Below are positions 40,521 to 56,040 of a stretch of 64,000 bases of DNA, piece by piece. The notes below the pieces were generated by a model that saw only the letters and a program-made list of their open reading frames with translations, was not told the origin of the DNA and ran no database searches. Position numbers and translations under genes: made by a program. This stretch comes from Eledone cirrhosa. Taxonomy: Eukaryota. The DNA is taken from contig OZ024740.1 of the NCBI GenBank assembly GCA_964016885.1, positions 69,502,001 to 69,566,000 of the forward strand, written 5' to 3'. Every line of letters begins with the position of its first letter. Position 1 is the first letter of the stretch.

Positions 40521-40848
40521 GAATTTCATAATCTCCGGTGGTGATTATCATTAATGTTTTATGCGTAATTAATTTATTATCTTTGTGCGTAGTTTTTACT
40601 TTGAGAAAATATTTATGAATGGAATAAACAATACGATTACGTTTTCATGTTCAGAATTGCTCCAGATATTATCCAAATAACTGTAAAAATAATTAAGGTG
40701 TGTAATTTAGTGGTTTCACTTTCGATTCGCTCATCGGTAGACGTGTTGTGTCATTACAAATGTCACTTCCTTAGCAAACGAAACTAAAATACATGGCTTC
40801 AAAATGATTACAAATACAAATAAGCTAACAGAAATGTTTTGTGTTTAG

Positions 40849-40923
40849 GTTTGCGTTTAGAAGAATTGTTTCGGAAGATTGCTAAAATGCTGTTTCAAGT
40901 ACAAGGAAATATAACGATACCAG
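40849..40923 (+). CDS. Candidate 75-nt phase 1-1 host exon (LRLEELFRKIAKMLFQVQGNITIP)
   Basis: Branch-like gctaac, acceptor ttttgtgtttag, open frame, donor cag|gtgagt. Confidence 0.5.
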
Positions 40924-42254
40924 GTGAGTAAAACTAGTTAAATATTAATAACAGCGTTAATTCATACAAAAAGAAATTGAAGAATCATTCAAACCTGCCA
41001 ATCTCTAAAAACGCAAATGTGGTGTACCATAAAAAGTGCCCCAAAACGGGGAGAAATGTGACACAAAAGGGTGATTTTACATAATGAAAGCTATATCCAT
41101 TTTCACAAGAAAAGACATTTCTCATCCACCCCAAAGTGGGTGGGATATCTCCCTGTCGGACGGGGAAATTGATAGGTCTAATGATTAAATAATAGGAAGA
41201 ACATGTCGAAATGTAAATATATCTCTCAGAAACCGGAAAGAATTTAGGGTGTCTTAATTTGAAGGGATTTAATATTAAATTCTTAATTATAGCGAAGATA
41301 CAAATAAGTAAAAAGTGATTGAATATTAGGAAGATATAGTCGAATTGTAAACAAATGTTGTACATAAGGAATTATAAAACAGAACGTGTCTCTAAATAGA
41401 GTTGGGAGTGTTGAAATCACGGAGAAAATATATTGAATTTATGCATTGATTAAATATTGGGTCTCCGTTAGTATCGACCATAAGTGTCCCATGTTATTCC
41501 CTTAACATGCTACTCGTGAAATTATTATGCTCATGACTGACCACGCCACAGAAACGTCTACTATTATCTTAGTTCTCTTGAATTACAATTCATTATTTCC
41601 AGATAAATGGACTAGAGCAATATAACATAATGTACCTTGCTCAAAAACACAACATGCCACCGAAAATCAAAACCACGAACTTATTATCGTAAGCCGAAAA
41701 CGCTATCAAAAACCGCGCCCCTTCGCTCCTTCAGTGTGGATAGTTTGAAAGAAAGGCCTATAAATGTGTTAATAATACTAAGTTATTAATACATCTTTTT
41801 TTTTTTCGTCGTTTATTCTTGATGCCGACGTATGTGCGCCTCGTGACATTTTAAACCTGTCAGAGCCCATATTATACACAGCGGATCTCAGCTAGAGAAA
41901 GTGATATAGAAGAAGAATCGATGGCTATACAGGCTTGGTACAGTTGTTTTTACTTCAAATGGATGTAACGCAACGTTGATATTGGCGGGATTTCAACTCA
42001 GAGTGCAGAAATCCAGAAAAAGCACCAAAGGTTCTTAAACCCTAACGTTTCTGCCAATTTTCCACCAATAAGTTATATTGCTGATGGTAGATTTACAAAA
42101 GTTCAATGAGTGTAATAAGGTTGGAAAACTACGAGCTGTATATATGAATTCAACTGTAGTGAACTGGGCGAAAATGCAATAAAATTATAGTAAATTACAG
42201 ATTACATTCTGAATATCGGAGATGGAATTTAAGTTCATAAAGTATTTGAATATC

Positions 42255-42680
42255 CCCAGGCTTCCCCTCCCAACGGGACTGGACCGATGAGGAGGTAAAT
42301 GGTCAGACACCATGGCAATCTTCTCATTCCGCAGTGGTCGCCCTCTCACCTGGGTTGCTTGATGTTGCGACACTTTCTTCAGCGGCAACCTTGTGTGTTC
42401 GTCTACCAGCCCTGGCTTGTTTGCCCGTGAAGATAAAGAGAGCAAATTGAAGAATTATCGGCTGCTCTTTGACAGGTTTGTGGTCGAGCCTGTGGTAGTA
42501 GAGAGTTCCGGGGTTCTTGGCACCTGGAGCACATCCCCACTACCTGCTATCAAAACGTAGTTTACTCCCCCCAGGAGCCAGCCCCGGGAGTTGGAGTGGC
42601 TGTTCGAGTGCGCCTATCTAGCCATCCTTCGGGGCAATATCTTCTCTATTTTGTCCGCTTGGACCCATGAGGCGGACTAA
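42255..42680 (+). pseudogene. CRE-clade non-LTR retrotransposon 3' remnant (restriction-like endonuclease)
   Basis: GLDR*GGKWSDT...GRPLTW..CCDTF...VVESSGVLG...LAILRGN matches the DGKRPDG..WD.T..DT / E..G..G / RGN pattern. Confidence 0.7.
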
Positions 42681-43108
42681 TCCTTAAACAGTGTATAAGA
42701 AACATTGGATGCTTGTTTTTTTTCATGAACATAGATAAATATATATTAATAATAAAAAGGTTAGTTATGTATCTAGATCGTGTGTAGATATTCAGTTATA
42801 AACTGCTAAAAACTGATATCATTCTTTCAGTAATCCTAGTCATTTAATTTTATTGCATGTTTCTTCATCTAAAGCTCCTACACAATTATAATCCAGTTAT
42901 CACTGTTGATTTTCTTTTTCTGTTTATTATACTCTACGTTCAATTAATAAAGATATACATTGAAAACACCGACTTACAGTTAGAATATACCCTATAATCG
43001 TATACTTGCCCCCTAAAATCTACCAAACGTTTGTAATGGAGAATTTTGTTAGTTTATTTGCGCTATCTCTGTATTTTGATATACGATTTATCTTGAAACA
43101 CATTGTAG

Positions 43109-43222
43109 TGGGAACATCTACCGTTGTTCTTATTGTGATCGGGTTGAACATTGCTATCCGCATGAATGTGCCCAGCCTATTGGCCTTGCTATTTCAGTGC
43201 ATCTCCCTCACCAACCTCCCAG
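43109..43222 (+). CDS. Candidate 114-nt phase 1-1 host exon (VGTSTVVLIVIGLNIAIRMNVPSLLALLFQCISLTNLP)
   Basis: tag acceptor (weak pyrimidine tract), cag|gtaaat donor, in frame with the 40849 exon, hydrophobic. Confidence 0.35.
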
Positions 43223-44372
43223 GTAAATCATTCGCTATGCTGTCTACCGGTATAATAAAGGAATATCTATCTGATGTACAAATATAGTGACATCCTTGAT
43301 TATATTTCAGTATTGATTGCAATAATATGGTGTAAAATATATAATTTTCCTATCTTAATTAAAATCCCTTAATACACTTTACCACATTTGGTTTTTCTCC
43401 TACCAATCTATTATGTTTATTTCTTAAAATATTATCAGCAGTTGCTGAACAAAGCTTAATTTCCTATCTTAAAAACCGTAATCATTGTAGGTATATTGCT
43501 AAATTGTTTGCTTTTTTAAACATTTATTATTATCTATCAGGTTAAGAAATCGGTTATAATAGTTTGTGGTATATGTTTCGGCTATCTGCACTCTGGGATC
43601 AAATCCTATTGACGCTACCTTTGTCTTAAATAATTTCCAGATTTTTAAATATAATACCAGTCTAGTGCTGAACTTAATTCTTTGTCTTTCTCACTATTCT
43701 CTCTCTCTCTCTCATTTTCTCTCTCTCTTTTTTGGAAGAAATTGGATAAGTCTAAACCTGGGGAGAGAACGGTTCCACAAAGTTCGAGTATCCATGTCAT
43801 GATGTATATTAGAAGTATACCCCTAACTATATTAGGGGTCCAAACACATGGGTGGCTAAAGTCAATTTATCTAGCTCTTGATTTCAACTCTCCAAAACAT
43901 ATTTAGCAAAATGTTTGATAATATATTGATAATATATTGATATAAGTTTTATATTATTTTCTGGCTCTAGGATATTTGTTTACAATTCCAGCTCCAACTA
44001 TTATTTGCCCTTCATCCAAATCGTCTTAACCATGAAAAAATAATTTACACAGGACCACGAGAAAAAATAAGGAGTTAACCGCTGTACTCCCTTCATTAAA
44101 TAACAATGTTAGTCCTTCGTAGAATTTTAATATTCTTGTCAGTACAATTTCGATTCTTCGCCTTCATAAATATCAAACCTTTTATCGAATACAAAATCGA
44201 AACTCAGCTTTGTAGATAGGAGATTTTTCAAAGCACTCGAAATTTTTTGTTATGGCTGTTTATAACTTTTCACACATAAATTACTGGCACAAAAGGTTTT
44301 ATGGCCACAATGTCCAAATACAAGGGTTTTTGTTCACTCATCTTCACCCACTGAAATTCGGTTACTGAAATG

Positions 44373-44411
<39 letters not shown>

Positions 44412-44413
<2 letters not shown>

Positions 44414-44600
44414 CGAAGGAGGTGTGGTAAGGAACCCGATGGACCATACCACACAGAGTACTCAATACATAGAGTAGTAGAGTGGGTAATAGGAAAATGT
44501 TTGACCCCGACGGCAGAGCTCAAGCCGTTTCGATGGCTATTTCAGTCCAGAAATAGCCGTCGAAACGGCTTCACCTCTGCCGTCGGCGTCAAACATTTTC
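44412..44600. mobile_element. Family B fold-back element in (TA)n
   Basis: Long left arm, short right arm, junction ggctatttc-agtcca-gaaatagcc. Confidence 0.85.
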
Positions 44601-44633
44601 ATATATATATATCAATTGAATATAGATTATATA

Positions 44634-44669
<36 letters not shown>

Positions 44670-44737
44670 AATGAAAAGTATAGAAATTATTGTAGCAAGA
44701 AGCCAACAGTATTCCATAATATATATATATATATAAT

Positions 44738-44814
<77 letters not shown>

Positions 44815-44916
44815 GTATATTGTCTCTGCGTATACGTGTATATACGTGTATTTGTGTATGCAGGGGGTTTGTGAGTGTGTCTCTCGCTCTCTTTCTCGAT
44901 GCGGTGTGTGTGTGTA

Positions 44917-45011
<95 letters not shown>

Positions 45012-46111
45012 TATATGTTTGTATTTGCATACAAATCACAAATTTATATATACGTTGTTTTTTTATAGACGACATTGGATAAAACGCAGCCTCTTTCAGA
45101 CAGTGAATGGTAGCATAACAGCCATTTATATTATATGGAAATCGTTATTCTACATAACAAATATTTAATATATTCCATGTCCCTGTTTTATGTTTTAACT
45201 ATGAATTTTCAATCATAATGATTGTAATATGATTCTGAAATCAATATTGTAAAATAATAAATTCGATGTTTAATTTTTTTTTTAACAAATAACACAAACA
45301 CTTCAAATTAAAGCTCTTGCTTATAATTAACGACAAATAGAACACATGTTAATTATCCGATCTGATCAACTTTAAACGAACACTAGTAATATTGATCAGA
45401 TCGTGTAAATATGTATGTCTTGTAATTTATTTATTCTCCTTTATGTAATCTGTCCATCGACTCAATTATATCAACTAAGACATAATATAAGCCAATGAGG
45501 GAATCTCAGACTTTCTGTTTAAGCTGCAAGAAATAGCAGCCAATGCTTGTGTAAAATCGTAACCAATTGTATTATATTGTGAAGGTACAATGCAACCAGG
45601 ATGTTGTATACATAGATATCCTATAATTTTAAAATGGGACGCTGTTTATCTGATTGAAATTCAAGGCTTATCGTAGATCAAACACACACATCTATTGTTT
45701 TCAGTTAAATCTAGATCAACTCTAATCGATAAGACATATCTCTGATTAAAGGCTTTCCACATATGACCACGGTGTCAATTTTCGGATATGTCTCGAACTG
45801 CATTAATCGATATGAAATTTACTTATTTATGTAGAATTAACTGGTATATCTAGCGAATTGTGCAACCATACACAGCCTCACTGGTTGACTTGACATATAC
45901 TTTATAATATGGGCTGGGTGTGGAATATTCGTTCAACGCAATCTGTATTTTTTAAGAAATTTCAATTAATGTTGCTGTCGCACAATCAACGAAAGGTCAT
46001 GAATGAAAATATGCTATTGTTTGATTTCCAATTGTAATAGAAAACAATAACATTTAAATTTTCAGCGGCCTCACTATTCAGTCATTATAAGAGATGCAAT
46101 ATAAATAAACA

Positions 46112-46215
46112 ACGCCGAGGTTGACTTTGCCTTTCATCCTTACGGGGTCGATAAAATAAAGTACCAGTAATGTACTGGGTAATTGCTGGCCTTGTGCCAA
46201 AAGTAGAAACAATTA
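46112..46215 (+). mobile_element. 5'-truncated SINE family 1 with 23-bp TSD
   Basis: attataagagatgcaatataaat at 46084-46106 and 46212-46234. Confidence 0.88.
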
Positions 46216-46441
46216 TAAGAGATGCAATATAAATTTTCATTAAAATCTCATATAATCAGTATTATGCTAATAGGCTCTTTCACCATATTCCGTATTCAAT
46301 GATATAGACTCTGATAAAGTAATTACAAAGTTTAAAATAAAATATCTAAACAATTTAACTAAATCCAGCCATTTACTGATGTGGCTTTTCAAAATTATGT
46401 AAACTTTATGATCAGGGTACTGAAATAATAATAATAATAAT

Positions 46442-49400
46442 GTTCTCTTTATTAACCACAAGGGTTTACATAAAGTAGACATTAAGGACAGTACAGGACA
46501 ATACAGGAGGGTACAAATGGGCATTTCTGCGTGTAAAAAAAACAGAGGATGTAATAAAATAACAAAGAAAGATTCCCCAATAGGGGGGAAACTTCCGAGG
46601 GACCATTGTGGAGAAAGCTCATTAAAAGACAGCAGTGGCCCTGACCACCAGGGCAAGTGACCTCTCCCAGTTTTCCACCTTTAATTTACAGACACATACT
46701 CAGAGTAGGCCCATTCACTCGGGCCATACTTGCCTCTCTCACCCATCTTTCAACAAAATGCTGGAAAGAGAGCACTTCCCTCTCTACCCTGATTTTCCTT
46801 TTCAAATGAAATTTGAAAAAGTTAATCAGGGCATCACCGAAGAGGTAAGTGCTCGTCTTCAGCCCTTTCAAACGTGTCCACAATACTATCTCTTTCGCCA
46901 TGGCCACCAGACAGATAAAAACTGCCTGCCCTTCCTGGCTAAAGGAAGAGGGCGGGGCAATCATCACGATGGACTCAGCTGATAGCTGGATCCATCCTAC
47001 ACGTGACAGCAGGTGTTCGACATAAACCCACAAGTCAGCAATGCTCGGACACTGGACGAGTGCGTGCAAGACGGTTTCGTCGCCCTGCGCGCATCTCGGA
47101 CATGCCCGGGTGACGGCACCTCCATGCCTGTAGAGTTTATCCCGAACTGGCAAAGCTCCCCGGTAGCACTGCCAGGCCAGGGATTTCTGGAAGTTCTCCA
47201 TAGGCCCCGGCCCGAAAGTCCTTCCGAAGAGATTGGCTAGTTGATTTTCGTCGACGCCTAGAGTTTCTCCAAGTACGTCGTCGCTCTTCCCCTCCACTAA
47301 TCCTCTATAGAACGCCAAGGTGGAGTTTCCACCGATCACATTGCCCGATTGGTCGAGGGCTGTGAGCGCCTGAAAACATTCCAGTCTCCAAGCGCTCCCT
47401 CTCGGTCTTCGCTTGACCCAGGACTGCAGCTCCGTCAAGGAGACGAGCTGGGGAAAGACGTGTCTACCAAACGGCGACCACACCTGATCACCGTCGAGGA
47501 AGAGGTGGAGATGTCGTAGCCTGAGCGCGTGTCTGCGCATCATCAGCCACGGCATGCCCAGCCCTCCACGTAACGGGTGATGACAGCAGATGGATCGCCT
47601 GACCATCGGAGCGCGTCCCTTCCACAAAAAGCGAAAGAGCAAACGCTCCAGCGCAGTCAGGCGGGGCTTAGGACAAGATACGACGGTCAGGCGGTAGTAG
47701 ATGACGGACGCAATGTACGCGTTAGCCACCTCCGCTCGACATTTCAGGGATAGCTTCCTCTCGGCCCATTTCTGAGTGAGAGAAGCCACCCTGCTCGTCA
47801 CCTCGTCCCAGTTTTTGTCCGTCTGGAGGTCCGGACCGAACCAGACCCCTAGCAATTTAACCGTCCGTCCGTCCAGCGCCCGACGACGCTGTTGGACGGC
47901 ATGGACCTGCCTCTCCAGGTGCCGAGCTGCAGGCCCACTGACATTTCCTGGTTGATCATTGCTCCTGTCACCGCTTCGTATTCTCTTAGTGTAGTGCCGA
48001 TCGCCTCGACGTGTTTGGCGTTCGACACCACTACGGTGACATCGTCCGCATATGCTGACACGGATCTTCCGCATCCTAGTTCGAGCGGGACCCCCTCAAC
48101 GTCTCCAGTTTGTGCAGTAATGGCTTGAGAGTCAATACGTACAAGAGGGACGAGAGGGGACATCCTTGGCGGACCGAGCGCATGATGTTGAACGGTTCCG
48201 AAAGGTGACCGTTCACTCTCACCACAGAGCAGATGTCGCTGTGCATCGTAGCGATCCAGCCTCTGAAGACGGGCCCAAAGCCAGCCGCCCTCAGGACTGC
48301 CGCTAGGTAACGATGGTCGACCCTATCGAAGGCTTTCGACTGATCTAAATTTATCAAAGACCCACCCGTGCCAGGTTCCCTAGCTACCCTCTCTACGATG
48401 TATCGCATGAGGTGGAGGTTGTGGTGGATGGATCTGTCGGGAATGGCGCATGTCTGCGCCACTCCCACCAGACCACCAACGATAAGCGCCAACCTCTTTG
48501 CTAGCACCTTGGCCAAAATCTTGAACTCTGTGTTTAGCAGAGTTATGGGCCAAAAATTATGTATGTTATCCTCCTTGTTCGGATCCTTTCTCAGCAGCGC
48601 CGCCGCACCTCGGCTCACAGAGCTGGGAATTCTCCCGTTCTGTTGCCAGTTGCAGTAGACGTCCGCCAAGAGGCCTCCGAACAAGTCTGGCATTTGTACG
48701 TAAAGATCATAGGGCAGACCATCCAAACCAGGCGATTTACCCCTTGTGCAGCCAGTCATTGCCTCCCGTACTTCAGCGGCTGTTATCGGCTTTTCGCAAC
48801 ACTCCACCTCAGTGGCCGAGAGCCGCGGCAGTCCGTCGAGGTAGACACTAAAGTCCATCCCTCGATCCGGCCCGCCACTGCCTCCGAACAGTTGAGCGAA
48901 GTGTCGCTGAAAAGCTTCACACATTTTCCCGGGATCGAGTAGCAATGCGCCCGTCGTGGTCCACCAAAGACCGGATCGTGGCTTTGTTGCTACGACGCGC
49001 CTCCGCCACTCGGGCCCATTGAACGGCTTTCGTCCCCTTGTGTCTGAGAGCACGCACCCTAGCTCTGACAACGCAGCCTTCGTGCTTTGCATTGAAGAAT
49101 TGGTCAAGGGCCAATGTCGCCGCAAGTACGTCGGTCGCGATGCCTTTGCGAAGCGCCTCATCTAATTTTTTAACTAATTCTCCCTCTGCTCTATTTTTCT
49201 CTATTGCTAAAGCCTTACTAAACCTAATGGACTCTATTCTAATTGCTCTTTTCAGAGCAAACCACCACTTGTTGTTGACGATGGCCCCGGTCAACGCCCG
49301 CTTAACTAGTTCGCTAATCCGGTCTCTGTAAGCCTTGCGCGCTGGTAAGGACGCGTTTAGCTTCCAGTAGCCGGGTCCTAGTCTATGAAGCCTATCTAAG

Positions 49401-52318
49401 TCAAGCACACAGATCACGAATTTGTGGTCCGTGTAGCTGACTATCTTGAATTGTGGACAGCCTATGCTAGACGTATCTATTTCCCTACAAAATATTCTAT
49501 CTAGATATGATTTGGATGACCTAATGCGATTTGTCCAAGTCCACATTGGTACATTCGGGAAATCCAATCGGTACTTGTCAGACAGTTCAAAACGCCTGAG
49601 CAGGCTGGTCAGACTCTTGCACCCTCCTTCCCTATCCACTAATCCCACACAATCCCAGTGTGCATCTAAGATCCCGTTCCAGTCGCCCACTAACACTAAA
49701 GAGCGGGACGTTTCAAGAAAGGTCTCCAGACGCCGGAAGAAATTAGGCCGCCCTGCTCCTGTCGGGATATAGACGGCCACTAACCTGAAAGCTTGCCCAA
49801 CTCCGCTGGTCACGTCCAGCACCACAAACTCACCTTCTGGGTCCATGAAGATGGCCCGTATGGCAAGATCAAAACCTCTCCATAAAAAGCACAGCAACTC
49901 CTCCCTCCGATCCCGGACGGCTGGAAGATGCGTACACATCGTAGCCGCCGATGATCGGTGCGAAGGCCCGTGCTTCGGAGATTCTGGTCTCGCTGATGGC
50001 CACTACATCTATGTTTAGTGACCTGAGGTCGTTGAGCAGGTGGCCCTACTTCCATGACGACCCCAAGCCACGCGCATTTATGCTGCCTATTCTGAGTGAA
50101 GTCATGTTGAAATGGAGTGGAAAAGATGGGAAATACCACTTACCTTACTTCTCATAGAGGAAGGACGGTTTTTCCATCCTTTTCACTGCTTGTGGCCTCC
50201 TCAGGAAGGATGTCCTTATAAATCCTCCTGGAGAGTGCTTGTCGGAAGTCTCCGATGTCTTTGGGGAATTTTTGTTTTAGTGTTATGTACGTTTTCTATG
50301 TGATGCGAGTGATTTGTATGTGTGGAGGTGGTGTGAATTTTTGGGTTGTTGTGTAGTATTTTTCTGTGATGCTGGTGTTGTGTTGGATGTAGTGTAATAA
50401 TTGGTTGTTGTTCAAATGTAATGCTGTGTAGTGTGTATCGTTTTGATTGTTTCGTTTTGTTTACGTTTGTTGTGGGTTTGTTTCTGTTTCGCATTTTGGT
50501 GACTTTTGTGGTGTAGGTGATGTTGGTGTTGGAGTTAATGATGGTGATGGTGTTGGTGTTTGGGGTGATGGGGTTGGTGATGCTGGTGTGGATGGTGGCA
50601 TATCTGTCCTAACTTCTTTGTTTGTTAATTTATTTGTTTCCCTCTGTATTTTGTTTTTGGAGGGGGAAGGAAAAAAATTTTTTTTTTTTTTTTCCTGATA
50701 CCCTTTCCCACTCCTCATTGTCACAATCTGTCTCCAGTTCTGATAGGCCGGGGAGTGGAAAATCCTCCACAGGCGTTAGTTTTGGTTGTGCCGTGGTGGA
50801 TGGTGTAGGCGCTGGTGCTAGTTCTGAAGCGTTGGGTGGTGGTGGTGTTGGTTTTACTGGTGGTGGTGGTGTTTGTTTTGCTACTGTTGCTGGGGTTGTT
50901 GCTGTTATAGTTGCTTCTGTTGTTGCTGCTACAGTTGTTGCTGCCATCTCTGCTACTGGTGGTGTTGATGGTTTAGTCACTGGGGTGGGTAGGAGAGGTG
51001 GCCTCAACCTTTTAGCCTGAGGGACAGAAAGCCCTTAGGTGGGTTCCTTCACCACAAAAGACACACCTAGGCCTTTTGCCCTCGACAATTACGCTGAGGT
51101 GACTGCCGTCAGTGAGGTCTATTATCTCTGGGATCTCCTCAATGCTTTTTTGTTCCGCTTGGATCAGGAGCTCCATCCCAGATCCGGACCAGTTCTCCTG
51201 CTTTTCTTTTGCTATTGCTATTATCTTGGTGTTGGCTTCGATACCGGCGAGGACGGCCGCTATTAGCCAGGGAATTTCGATAGCCGGTGGAACGTGGGTC
51301 ACCCTGTTTTACGAGTCGGTGGCCACAATAGCTTGGGACGAGTGTGAAGCCGTCACTTCTTAATGGGGCCATGGAGTGTTCTCTAGCCTCCTCTGGTGTT
51401 TCAAAGAACACGTCCACGGTTCCATACTTCTGCCCACGTCTGATGTGGGTTTTTCTTGCCCACACATGTCCCAAAGCTTTTTGGATTTGGGACTCGGATG
51501 CCCGTTCCACTCGGCGCGATTTTACATTAATTGTTCGATACGACACGGTGCATAGGCGCCCGATACTTCATTTTATTAGGTGGGAGGTGAGGCTGACCCT
51601 GTACCGATCTTTCTTTACCATTTTTTGGCATTTTCTAATTCCTCCTGAGTTACCGTAAATGCTTCGCACTGTTTTGCTACTCTGGCAAAACTCAGGGTGG
51701 TTTTTTTAATGTCATTGTTGCTGTTGTTGTTATCGTTATTTTTGTTATTATTCATTTTAGTTTCAGTTGTGGTGGTGGTGACGTCAGTGGTGTTCGGTGT
51801 GGAAGAGTCCAATTTGGTTGAAAACATTTCGACATCACGAGTTGATTTATTTTTTCCTTTTTTTTCTGTTGTCGCGGTGGTGGTGGTGGGGGGGGTTGTC
51901 GCGGTGGTGGTGGTGGTGGCAGTTTTAACACCTGCAGTCATTGGTAATGGCGGGATATGAATGTCTGCCTGAGACAAATTTAAAATATTGCTACTGACTA
52001 AATGTTTAGTGTTGGAAAACGTAGTAATATTTACAATGGTGGTGTCGGTGTGAGGTGTTAGATTATGAGGAAGGCTGTCAGCTTCGTGTGGCTGTGAGAC
52101 TTCCATGCTTTTTTTTTCAAAGAAATTTTTTTGATAATTATAAATGTTTAAATTTTGGGCACAAGGCCCCAATCTTTTTGGGTGTCCTTTTCGGAAAACA
52201 ATGTATGTGCGCTTATAAACAGTTAACAATAAAATTTTCCATAAATGGCAATTTTTAACAAACGTAAATAACAAACCTTTGCGGAGCTCACGATGATACG
52301 ATTTACTACGTAGGTCGC

Positions 52319-52320
<2 letters not shown>
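46442..52320 (-). mobile_element. Near full-length L1/Tx1-clade LINE (ORF1 ~52106-50150; ORF2 50105-46686, APE+RT+Cys), frameshifted, flanked by (AAT)n
   Basis: MTSLRIGSINARGL start, LVGDWN, SYLDRI, TDHK, GYWKLN, KSPGLDGL, DQSKAFDRVDH, RQGCPLS, YADD, CPRC..ETVLHAL..C. ORF1 has a CxxCxxxxHxxxxC knuckle. Confidence 0.95.
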
Positions 52321-52346
<26 letters not shown>

Positions 52347-52349
<3 letters not shown>

Positions 52350-54120
52350 GCATTTGACATGGTGCCTCATTCTTGGATCACCAAAAGCCTGGAGATCTTT
52401 AAGGTGGCAGATAACATCAGACAGTTGTTGGGCAAAAGTATGAAGTCCTGGGAAACAGAGTTAACATCAATTGGAGAATCCTTGGGAAGCGTGAAGATCA
52501 AGAGAGGTATCTTCCAGGGAGATAGTCTGTCCCCCTCTGTTGTTTGTCCTTGCCCTGATGCCCCTGACGAGTGTAGTGCGAAAAGTGAGAGAAGGATACA
52601 GGTTGGGAAAGGGAGGGCTTACCATCAATTACATCCTCTTCATGGACGATCTTAATCTCTTCGGGAAGAGTGAGTAGGAGTTGGATGTACTTGTTGACAC
52701 TGTCCGTATTTTCAGCAATGATATATGTATGCAATTTGGTATTAGTAAGTGTGGAGTCATTGTGATGAGGAGGAGTAAATTGAGCAGAAGTAACGGAATC
52801 CAGGTACCAACAGGTGAAATGATAAAGGAAATTGACTCTGAAGAAGGATACAAGTATTTGGGTGTTCTGGAGGCTGATGACATCAAGAACAAAAAAAATG
52901 AAGGAATTGATAAGAACTGAATACATTCGGAGAGTAAGGAGCGTATTAAAGTCACATCTGAACAGTAGAAATGCCATAAGTGCAGTAAATTCCCGAGCTG
53001 TGTCTATTATTTGGTACACTGCGGGAATTCTGAGATGAAATGTTGCTGAACAAAAAGAAATGGATAGAAAGACTAGGAAGCTATTGACTATCTACAACAT
53101 GTTCCACAAGAGGAGTGATGTCGATAGACTCTACTTAAGGAGATCTTAAGGTGGAAGAGGTCTTATCAGCATAGAGGACTGTGTTCAGATGGAGAAAAAC
53201 AACCTACACAAATACGTGACTGATAGTAAGGAGCCAATGCTCAGAACTGTACTGAAGGAGTGGACAATAGACCAGGGGATGTCCAAGGAGGAAATAACAT
53301 CAAGGAGAAAGAGCAGCCTTCAGGAAAAATCCCTTCATAGTATCTTCTTTGAGAAAACTGAATTTAGAGATCCACAGACATGGAACTGGTTGAAAAGAGG
53401 AGACCTTAAAAAGGTTACAGAAGGAATGTTAATGGCTGCACAGGAGCAGGCCCTCAAAACGAAGTGGTTGAAACACCATATTTATGTGGAAAGAGAGAGG
53501 AGACTGTGGCTCACATTGTATCCGAGTGTAAACACCTAGCCCAGACTCACTATAAGGGCTGGAGACATGATGTGATGGGCAGGGTGATCCACTGGCACCT
53601 ATGCAAAGTAAACAATTTACCACATTCTGAGAAGTGGTATGAGCATAAGCCAGAGTCGGTGATAGAAAACGATCAGGTGAAGGTGCTGTGGGATTTTAGG
53701 ATACAGACGGACAAGAAACTGGAACACAATAGACCTGACCTGGTGGTTGTGGACAAAGAAAAAAGATCGTGCCTGATTGTGGATGTGGCCTGCCCATTCG
53801 ACACGAGAGTGCAAGAGAAGGAGAGGGAGAAAATTAACCGATACCAGGACTTAAAGTGGGAGGTAAAAAGGATTTGGAACTGCCATGAAGTCAAAGTGAT
53901 CCCGATTGTCATAGGCGCACTAGGGACTATCTCAAAAAGTTTACAGGGATGGTTAAAGGAAATTGGCCCCTTCACGCTTTTTGGAACGCTTCAAAAGGCA
54001 TGCGTGCTGGGAACAGCAAGACCCTCCGATACGTCTTGAATATCTGAGTCTGCAGGTAGTGGCTTGATATTCATCTCAACAAACTTTCCAGTTAACTAAC
54101 ATCAATGACTGAGACTCAAA
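52347..54120 (+). mobile_element. 5'-truncated R4/Dong-clade LINE (RT + restriction-like endonuclease) between (AAT)n tracts
   Basis: KAFDMVPHSW, GIFQGDSLSP, FMDDL, YKYLG, ETVAHIVSEC, RHD, WDFRIQTD..HNRPDLV..D.ACP..EK..Y.DL. (AAT)n tail from 54121. Confidence 0.93.
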
Positions 54121-54177
<57 letters not shown>

Positions 54178-55351
54178 TAATAATAATAATAATAAATAAT
54201 GATAATAATAATAATAAGAAGAAGAAGATTTCAGCCTCCTTTCATTTCTGTTGTGTGATCGAGTAGTTGTTACGCTTCGACAGTATGTTAAATATTAGAA
54301 GCCATATGATGGATTTCCGAAACAAGTGCATTTGTGTACCGATTGTGTTAGAAAGATTCATTTAGCTCCATCTTACAGTCATCGACAAATATCTTTTGAT
54401 CTTTCGTAGGGAACAAAAGAAAGAAAGAAATAGAAAATAACAAAATAGTAATAAAAAACACAAATATAAGCAAAAAAATTTTTTTAAATTATAAAAGGAA
54501 AGACGATGGCGTTGACGAGAAGGAAACCAAAAAACTTTAAACCGAAACAGTTCAAAGAGATTGGAACAGAAGAAAAAATGTGATAAGAGGATATTAAATG
54601 AAATCTGTGCCAATATTTACAGGGATCACGTATTCGTTGAATATATTAGTTTACGGCTAAAAGTAACACAATTTAAACACAAAATACAATTTGTTCTTAT
54701 ATATATGAGTGTAGATTCTCATGTGTGTTTCTATTTTTCTGTTTATATGTTGCTTTAGATATAAATTTATGTATTGTGTAGTATAAATTTTGAACTTTGC
54801 AAACGTGTGCATATTTTTGGCCCATTTATTGAATAAATTTTCAAATTCTGGTTTTCGAATTCTTTCCTGTGTTGTGTAATGCAAATAAGCCTTGTGTCAC
54901 CAGCGTTATCTTTGGTTGTAGATTATTCAGCTCATATAATGATATAATTTATTTTGCAGAATCATGAAGATTCCAGCGTCAATTTTATATTTACTCATTT
55001 TTTTCTATATATGGAGAAATTATGAGAAATTATTCCATTATATCTTATCGGGGATAGTTTAGTATTGAATAAAAAGCAGGTTTGCTAGTTTCAGTCATTA
55101 AACAGCAATCGTAATAGGATTCCAGCCTTACGGGTTTAAGTCCATTTTATCGACCACTAACAGTTAAGTTAGGCTGCTTCTTCTAATCCTCTTTTAGGAA
55201 ACTTCATTTATCGATCGAATTAGTTACCTGCTCATATGAAATGAAGTAATAAGTCATATCGTTTTTTACTGGGATACACACACATCCACAAACATACATA
55301 CACCCCCCTCACACACATATATATATATCTATCTCTCTCTCTATATATATA

Positions 55352-55411
<60 letters not shown>

Positions 55412-55432
55412 CAAAAGGACAAACAAACACAC

Positions 55433-55980
<548 letters not shown>

Positions 55981-55988
55981 GTAATATA

Positions 55989-56040
<52 letters not shown>

